Shown piece by piece: positions 57,509 through 64,000 of a stretch of 64,000 nucleotides of DNA. Position numbers and translations under genes: made by a program. Each line of letters begins with the position of its first letter. Position 1 is the stretch's first letter. The stretch comes from an uncultured Anaerolineales bacterium. GTDB taxonomy: Bacteria; Chloroflexota; Anaerolineae; B4-G1; SLSP01. The stretch covers positions 3,782 through 67,781 of the forward strand of contig CAZCAI010000002.1 of the NCBI GenBank assembly GCA_964496595.1. The letters run 5' to 3'. The notes below the pieces were generated by a model that worked only from the letters and a program-made list of their open reading frames with translations, made no database searches and had not been told where the DNA came from.

Positions 57509-60500
57509 CTACCGCCGGACGATCACGGGCAGGTAGATCTTACCTCCTGGGATTTCGACGGTGTGGGTGATTGTTATGGGATATGGCGCTGCTGAATCCG
57601 CGTAGACATCGATCCAAGCGGTGTTGGTGATGAGATCCCCGGATTTTGCTGTGTCAGTCACTTGGACGGTGAAGATGATGCGTGCGGCTTGATTCGCGAC
57701 CAGATCGCCGGCCCACGTGATGCGTTGCTGGTCTGGATCGAATATGGGCGCGGGTAGTTCCGGGATGATGTGCAGGCTAGCGGTGCGGTAGGTCGTGAGT
57801 GGGGGTAAGGTGTCGGTTATCGTGACGCGCGCAATCCCCGCCGAGGTGTTGGTGAGCGTGATGGTGTAGGTGATCGGAGCGCCGGGCGCGACCGTATCCG
57901 TCGGAATCGCGCGCTTCTGCGCGGTCAGCGTTGGCGCAAGGACGGTGTTGTTGGCGGCGGGATGGCGGACTTCGTAGGGCGTCGTCACCTCCGCGATGTT
58001 GCGGATGATGGCGCCGCCCGGCGTGCCCGGCGCGACGTCCACCGCGAAGGTGAGCGTCACGACGTGCGCGGCGCTGAGTGTGCCCTGCCACGTGATTACG
58101 CCAGCCGTGTAAGTCGGCGGCGCGTATCCGGCGGGCGCAAGCGCGAGGCTGTCGGGCGCGTAGGTCGTGTGCGTGGGGATGGCGTCGCTAAGTTGGACAG
58201 TCGTCGGGGCGCTGCCGACGTTGCGAATCGGAATGGTGTAAGTCAGGCGCGTGCCCGGCAGGACGTCGCCGGCAGGCGTGGCCAGCTTCTCCGTCTCTAA
58301 GACCGGGACGCCGATGTGATTGATGGCCGTGACGTCGGTTAGCGACGCGCCGCTCAACTCGCGGATCTGCGCGGTGTTGGTGATCATCGCAGGCGCGTCC
58401 TGATCCACCGTCACGGCAAAAGTCAACGTCATCGCCGCGCGCGGCCCGATCTCGCCCTCCCACGTGATCTTATCCAGAGCGTAGGTGGGGGGCGTGTGAC
58501 CAATCGGCGCGATTGCGATGCTGTCGGTGACATAGGTCGTGTGCGTGGGAATCGAGTCACTGAGTTCGACGCTGGCGATGCCCGCCCCCGGATTACGCAG
58601 CGCGACGGTGTAGGAGATCCGCTCGCCAAAGCCGACGTAACCCGTCGGCGTCGAGGTCTTGGTCGCCTGGAGCGCGGGCGCGCGCAGGGTGTGGGTCGTA
58701 ATCACTGTGACAGAGGAAGGATCGCCCGCATAACTCGTCTCCTGGAGCGTGGCCGCGTTGGTGATGACCGTGCCCGCCGGCGCGCCCGGCGTCACATCAA
58801 CCTGGTAGGTCAGCGTGGCGATTTCACCGTTCGTGATGGCGTCCGCCCAGATGAGGGCATCCGCGCCCGCGTCGTAGGCTGGCGGCGCGTAGCCGTCGGG
58901 GATGAGCGCGACGCTGTTCGCGACGTAGGTCGTGTGCGTGGGGATGGGGTCGCTGAGTTCGACGTGGGCCGGGGCGCCGCCGATGTTGCGCATCACGACG
59001 GTATAGGTGATCCGCTCGCCGACCACGACCTCGCCCGTTGGCGCGGCCATCTTCGCGGCGCGCAGCGCGGGCGCGACGACGGTGTTCGTCGCGGTGACGG
59101 TGAAGGGCGCGCCCGGCTCGTTCCGCTCCTGGAGCAGCACCTCGTTGACAACCACGGTGTTGGAGATGGTATCCGGCCGCACTCGCACCCGGAAGGTCAA
59201 GGTGACGGTGGTGTGGGCGGGGATGTCATCTTCCCACGTGATGTGCAGATCATCGTAGAGCGGCGGCGCGTACCCGGCGGGCGTGATTCCCACGCTGCCG
59301 GCCTCGTACTCGGTCTCTGACGGCAGGGTATCGGTGAGGATGGTGTTAGCGGGCAGCCCGCCCAAATTCTGCATCACGATGGTGTAGGTGAGATCATCGC
59401 CCGCAAGGATAGGGCCGGCCGGCTGCACCGCCTTGGTCGCCGTCAGCAGCGGCGCGCTCAACAGGGTGGTGGTCGCCGCGCGCGTGTAGACGACGCCCGC
59501 GCCGCCGATGTGGGCCGTGTTGGTCACCACGCCGGTCGCTGTCTCCGTGATCTGCGCCCGGAAGGCCAACGTCGCTTCGCTCTCGCCGTCCAGTGTGCCC
59601 GTCCAGGTTAAGATGCCGCCGGCATGGGCATAGCTGCTCCCCATCGGCGCGTCTATGACGTCGCTGAAGGTGGTGTTGGCGTCCAGCGTGTCGGTGACGG
59701 CAAAGGTGGTAGATAATTCTCCGGTGTTGCTGACGGTCAGCGTGTAGGTCAGCGTCTCGCCCGCGCGGGCGGTCTTGCGATCCACACGCTTGGTGGAGGC
59801 GGCCAAGTTCGGCTCGGCGATGACGTGCACGGCGGTCGTGCGCGTGAAGTGTGTGTTGACGCCATCGTAGATCTGGGCGACGTTGGGCACATCGCTGCCC
59901 GGCTCCGCCGTAATCGTCACCGGGATGCGAACCACGACGCTCTGCCCCGCTCCCAGCGGCCCCTGCCACGTGATGGTCGGCGCGGTGGTGGTGATCAATT
60001 GCCCAAGTTGCAGCGTGCTGCCCACCAGTGTAGCCTCGGCGCCGCCGGCGTAAGTCCCGCCCTGGATGACGTCCGTCATCATCGCCGACGTGGCAACGCT
60101 GGGGCCGGCGTTGTGGATGGTCACCGTGTAGATAACCCGCTCGCCCGTGAGGATGCTGGCGGCGCTGGCCGCTTTGGTCGTCTGCCAATTATCCAAATTC
60201 GGCGCGGTGACGCTGACCTCGACGCTGCGTTGCAGGTGGACGCCGGCGCCGTCGTAGATGTGGGCCATGTTCTCGAAGCTGACGCCCGGATTGGCCGTGA
60301 CTTCCACCGGCAGGGTGATCGTCACGCTGCCGCCGGGTGTGATCTCGCCCGTCCAGGTGAGGGGGTCGCTCGCGCTTAGCGCGCCGCTCGACGCCTGCCC
60401 GCCGCCGTGATAGGCTACCTGGGATGGCAGATCATCCTCCATTCGTGCCTGGGCCGTCGCCTCGCCGCTGTTGCTCAGCACGATGGTGTAGGTGATCGTC

Positions 60501-63500
60501 TCGCGCGGGTTGGGCTGCGCGTGGCTGACCGATTTGGTGGAGCCTTCCAGGTTTGGGCCGGTGAGGGTCACGGGCGCGCTGCGGAGGAAGGTCTGCACGC
60601 CGTCGGAGATCGCGGCGGTGTTGGTGATGACCGTGCCGCGCGGCAGCGGCCCGGCATCGGCGATGGTGACTTGGAAGGTGAGGGTCACGGTATGGTTGCC
60701 GGTGACGGCGCCCGTCCAGGTGATGGCCTCGGTCGCGGGGACGTAGGCGATGTCGCCGGCGGTAGCATGCACCGAGTTGGGGATGTACGTCGTGTGCGTG
60801 GGGATGGAATCGTGGACAAGAACGTTCTCCGCATCATACGGGCCGGCGTTCGGCAGGATGATCGTGTAGGTCGCCGGCGTATCGGCGCCGACGTGGAGGC
60901 TGCTCGCGCCGTTGACGCACTTGATCGCGCCGCTCAGATCGAAGCCGACGGGCGTCCGCCAGCGGCTGTCGTTGTCGGTGAGATCGCCATCGTAGGATGT
61001 GCTGGCGAGTTCCGCGCGATTTTCCAAGAAGATGCCCGGTTGCGCATCCGCCGAAACGCTTAGGACCAGGGTGAAGGTCACGCCCGTGGTCTGGCTGGGG
61101 AGCGTGCCGACGTCCCAGGCGATCCAATCGGGGTCGGTGGCGAAGGTGATGGGGCCGGTGTGGGTGACGTAGGTGGTGCTGACCGGCAGCGTGTCGGTGA
61201 GGCGCACGCCCTCGGCGTCTAGCAGGCCGGGATTGCCATACTCAAGGGTGTAGGTGAGGTGCTCGCCCGGCAGCGCCAGGGAGGGACCGGTCTTGTGGAT
61301 GTAGGGCGCGGCCAGCGCGACGGTGCTGGCGACCTCGTCGCTGTTGGGGTCGTGGATGGGCGGCTCGCCGGTGAGCGTGCTGATGCGCACCTGATTGCGC
61401 AGCACGGGTCGCGCCGGCCAGGTGTGCGCCGGATCTAAGCGCCCCGTGATCGTCAGCCAACCCGTGTGCTCGGCGGCCAGGTTGCCATCCAGACGCCAGA
61501 CGCGGAGGCGGTCGCTGGCCTGGAGAAGCTCGAGATCTAAGCTGTCGGTGATCCACGCGATGTCGGTCAGGCCGGCGGGCAGGGTATCGGTGATGCGCAC
61601 CCCCTCCGCCGCCAGATCGTCAGTGTTGCGGACGCGCACGGTGTAGGTGAGGGCGTCGTCCACGCGCAGCGTCGTCGTGGGCGCGACCACCTTAGCGACG
61701 GTGACATCGGCGGCCTTGAGCGTGACCGTGACGGCGTCGCTATCGTTGGTGGTCGTGATGTTATCGCCGGTCGTGGTGATCGTCGCGCGGTTGACGAGTT
61801 GCGTTCCCGGTGGGGTGTTCTCATCTACCAGGACGCGCACGGACGTCCAGCCATTGAATCCAGAGGGGAGCGTGCCGATGTTCCAGGCGACGACGCCGGT
61901 GGTTTGGGTCTGCGGCGGGGTGCTGCCGTGCGCCGGCCCGGCCTCCAACAGCGTGACGAAGGCGGGCGGCAGCGTGTCCGTCAGTACAACGTTCTGGGCT
62001 GCGCCGCGCCCGTGGTTGCCGTAGTTGATCCAGAAGGCATAATCGCCGCCCGGCTCCGGATCGACGGTATTGCCAAAGGCATCTTCCTCCGCCCGTTTCT
62101 CCACCCACACATCGGGGCGCGTGTCGACGACGAGGGTCGTCACGCTGTCGTCATCCCCGCTGGCCTCAGCGAAGCGCGTCAGCGGCGCGGTGGTCGTCAC
62201 CGCGATGGTGTTGGTCAACACTGTGCCCAGGGGCATCGTCAGCGGCACGCTGATGGTCAAATTGAAGTCTACGGCGTTCCACTCGCCGTTGTGCAGCGTC
62301 GCCAGCGTGTAGACGACGGTGTCGCTGGTGGGCTGGGACCAGTTGGGGCCGTCGGTGCCCACAAAGAGAACGCCATCCGGCAGCGTGTCGGTGATCACCG
62401 TGTTGGTGATGGGGACGTTGCCGGCGTTGAAGAGGTAGATGTCGTACTCGATGGTCTCGCCCGGGCCGACCTCTTCGGGGCCATCTTTATAGATGCGGTA
62501 TTCGAGGCGCGGCTCGGTGATGACGGTCGTGTGGGTGACGGTGTTGTTATCAAACGGCCCGCGCTCGATGCTGCCCAGCGTCGTGATCGCGGCGGTGTTC
62601 TCGATGACCGTGCCGGTGGGCACATCGCGGGGCACGAACATCTCTAAATAGAGTTCCTCAGTTCCAATGCCCAGTTCTCCATCGCCGTTCACGGTCCAGG
62701 TGAGCATCGTCGCGCCGTCGAGGTTCGTGCCGGTGACGACCTCGCCGCCGGGTTGAATGTTCACCAGCGTGACGGAGAGCGGCAGCGTGTCGGTCACCTG
62801 GACGTCGTGGGCCGGCGCGCCGCGCCCGCTGTCCTCGTAGGCGCTGTTGGCGGCGGAGATCGCGTAGCGGAAGTAACCGCCGGGCGCGGGCGGCTCATTG
62901 GGGATAATCCGCTTCGCGACGTGGAGATCGCGCTGAGCGACGCCGTAGGTGAGCGTGACGGTGTTGGTGATGGTGGGCGAGGTGTGCGCGGTTGCCGTCA
63001 GATAGATCGTCGCCAGATCCGACCAGGCGGCGGTGATGGGGATTGTCACGTAGATGGGAATGTCGGTATCGCTGAGATTGATGATGGACACTGGCGTCGG
63101 CGGCGGCAGGATGATGGTGCCGGACATCTGCGTGTCGGCGTAGGGCGGCACGGCGATGGGCCAGAGCGTGGGCGTGGGGACGACGCTGGAGCTGACGCGC
63201 AGAGTGTAGGTCAGCTCGAAGTAGTCCGTGATGCCGGTCATATTGATGAGTTCCGCCGTCATCTGGCCGCTTTCGCCCGGATCTGCCCACCAAGGCTGCG
63301 TGGGCGGATTGAGGATTACGCGCCCAAAAATCGAAACGCCGGGATCGTAGAGCACGGCTAGCCGGTTATCCAGCGCCGTATTCTCGCCGAAGAAGCTCTC
63401 GTAATAGGCCGCGCCATCATCGCCAGCGGCATTTTCGATGCCGGCGACGACGTAGTTGTTCCGATTAGAAAGGTAGCGAATTTGACGGTATTGCGTGAGG

Positions 63501-64000
63501 ATGCGGCCATCGGGATAAAGAACGATTTCAAAGGTGTGCGAGTCGTTCAGGCCACAGCACCACTGCATATCGAGAAATTGGATGACGGTGCGGCGCGGGT
63601 TAGTTTGGTGCTCGACGTAGACGCGGGAGACCTGAGGATGCATGAAGAGATCCGCGCCAAAGGGGGCGATGAAATTGTTCGGGGGGGTGGTGGGGCCATA
63701 TTCACCGTTGATGAGGTTGGGCGTCTGGCGTCCGTCGTCGGCCGAGCCATCGAAGTAGATGTAGCCGTTGGTGCTGACGCGGAAGCTCTGATAGACGTTA
63801 TCGAAGAAGGGAAAGTTGAAACCGATATCGACAGGGTCGGAGCCGGCGTCATCGCCCTGGAGACCAATTCGGGCGCCTGAACCACTGATTTCCACCCACT
63901 CGTAGGGGATGCCGCCGCTCACACTGTCGCTGATCACGTAGGTGGGCGTGGTAGTCGTCTGGCGGAGCGGGGCCTGGGGCGCGCGCGGCGCTTGCGGGCG
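57509..64000 (-). CDS. Giant cell-surface protein: nidogen(NIDO)-like domain plus >10 DUF11 Ig-like repeats; 5'-truncated by window edge
   Basis: Frame stays open from 63937 to 64000 (RPQAPRAPQAPLRQTTTTPTY); DIGFNFPFFDNVYQSFRVSTNGYIYF; repeated K....PG..ITYTI.L.N.G...A..V.ITD.LP units; ends GGKIYLPVIVRR. Confidence 0.88.
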   Translation of the reverse strand, partial: RPQAPRAPQAPLRQTTTTPTYVISDSVSGGIPYEWVEISGSGARIGLQGDDAGSDPVDIGFNFPFFDNVYQSFRVSTNGYIYFDGSADDGRQTPNLINGEYGPTTPPNNFIAPFGADLFMHPQVSRVYVEHQTNPRRTVIQFLDMQWCCGLNDSHTFEIVLYPDGRILTQYRQIRYLSNRNNYVVAGIENAAGDDGAAYYESFFGENTALDNRLAVLYDPGVSIFGRVILNPPTQPWWADPGESGQMTAELINMTGITDYFELTYTLRVSSSVVPTPTLWPIAVPPYADTQMSGTIILPPPTPVSIINLSDTDIPIYVTIPITAAWSDLATIYLTATAHTSPTITNTVTLTYGVAQRDLHVAKRIIPNEPPAPGGYFRYAISAANSAYEDSGRGAPAHDVQVTDTLPLSVTLVNIQPGGEVVTGTNLDGATMLTWTVNGDGELGIGTEELYLEMFVPRDVPTGTVIENTAAITTLGSIERGPFDNNTVTHTTVITEPRLEYRIYKDGPEEVGPGETIEYDIYLFNAGNVPITNTVITDTLPDGVLFVGTDGPNWSQPTSDTVVYTLATLHNGEWNAVDFNLTISVPLTMPLGTVLTNTIAVTTTAPLTRFAEASGDDDSVTTLVVDTRPDVWVEKRAEEDAFGNTVDPEPGGDYAFWINYGNHGRGAAQNVVLTDTLPPAFVTLLEAGPAHGSTPPQTQTTGVVAWNIGTLPSGFNGWTSVRVLVDENTPPGTQLVNRATITTTGDNITTTNDSDAVTVTLKAADVTVAKVVAPTTTLRVDDALTYTVRVRNTDDLAAEGVRITDTLPAGLTDIAWITDSLDLELLQASDRLRVWRLDGNLAAEHTGWLTITGRLDPAHTWPARPVLRNQVRISTLTGEPPIHDPNSDEVASTVALAAPYIHKTGPSLALPGEHLTYTLEYGNPGLLDAEGVRLTDTLPVSTTYVTHTGPITFATDPDWIAWDVGTLPSQTTGVTFTLVLSVSADAQPGIFLENRAELASTSYDGDLTDNDSRWRTPVGFDLSGAIKCVNGASSLHVGADTPATYTIILPNAGPYDAENVLVHDSIPTHTTYIPNSVHATAGDIAYVPATEAITWTGAVTGNHTVTLTFQVTIADAGPLPRGTVITNTAAISDGVQTFLRSAPVTLTGPNLEGSTKSVSHAQPNPRETITYTIVLSNSGEATAQARMEDDLPSQVAYHGGGQASSGALSASDPLTWTGEITPGGSVTITLPVEVTANPGVSFENMAHIYDGAGVHLQRSVEVSVTAPNLDNWQTTKAASAASILTGERVIYTVTIHNAGPSVATSAMMTDVIQGGTYAGGAEATLVGSTLQLGQLITTTAPTITWQGPLGAGQSVVVRIPVTITAEPGSDVPNVAQIYDGVNTHFTRTTAVHVIAEPNLAASTKRVDRKTARAGETLTYTLTVSNTGELSTTFAVTDTLDANTTFSDVIDAPMGSSYAHAGGILTWTGTLDGESEATLAFRAQITETATGVVTNTAHIGGAGVVYTRAATTTLLSAPLLTATKAVQPAGPILAGDDLTYTIVMQNLGGLPANTILTDTLPSETEYEAGSVGITPAGYAPPLYDDLHITWEDDIPAHTTVTLTFRVRVRPDTISNTVVVNEVLLQERNEPGAPFTVTATNTVVAPALRAAKMAAPTGEVVVGERITYTVVMRNIGGAPAHVELSDPIPTHTTYVANSVALIPDGYAPPAYDAGADALIWADAITNGEIATLTYQVDVTPGAPAGTVITNAATLQETSYAGDPSSVTVITTHTLRAPALQATKTSTPTGYVGFGERISYTVALRNPGAGIASVELSDSIPTHTTYVTDSIAIAPIGHTPPTYALDKITWEGEIGPRAAMTLTFAVTVDQDAPAMITNTAQIRELSGASLTDVTAINHIGVPVLETEKLATPAGDVLPGTRLTYTIPIRNVGSAPTTVQLSDAIPTHTTYAPDSLALAPAGYAPPTYTAGVITWQGTLSAAHVVTLTFAVDVAPGTPGGAIIRNIAEVTTPYEVRHPAANNTVLAPTLTAQKRAIPTDTVAPGAPITYTITLTNTSAGIARVTITDTLPPLTTYRTASLHIIPELPAPIFDPDQQRITWAGDLVANQAARIIFTVQVTDTAKSGDLITNTAWIDVYADSAAPYPITITHTVEIPGGKIYLPVIVRR

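Overview
A high-GC bacterial chromosome segment whose gene content and style suggest Chloroflexota, probably Anaerolineae-like; this is inference from the GT39-type membrane glycosyltransferase with its C-terminal domain, the DUF11 surface protein ending in YLPVIVRR, and the CpaB-CpaE-CpaF-TadB-TadC locus. Core genes include rlmN, ldh, tsaC, recR, ybaB, dnaX, tsaD, folC, hpf, comF, dnaE, hutU and purB. Accessory blocks are a tad/flp pilus operon running directly into comF, a dynamin-like GTPase, a doubly anchored coiled-coil lipoprotein, a DUF3524 (GTDC1/QTMAN-like) glycosyltransferase, a 12.4-kb ion-transport cluster (USP protein, SLC13/TrkA-C permease, two VIT1/CCC1-like proteins, P-type ATPase, two APC+USP paralogues), and a >2100-aa DUF11 surface protein that runs off the right edge. 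The most unexpected signals are non-coding. (1) Two tandem near-identical candidate ~90-nt sibling sRNA genes upstream of dnaX, each with an anti-Shine-Dalgarno core, its own terminator, a -10 box and a conserved TGACGC-N5-TGACGC box. (2) Three 147-161 bp ISL3-type miniature elements, each with a perfect 8-bp target-site duplication; one carries a second, unrelated MITE nested inside with its own 7-bp duplication. (3) A four-copy ~80-bp dispersed repeat, two copies of which sit in front of tad genes. (4) Two REP-like palindrome families and STRR-like 7/8-mer arrays. I saw no tRNA, rRNA, CRISPR array or intact transposase. All protein family assignments are by motif recognition only; no database search was run.
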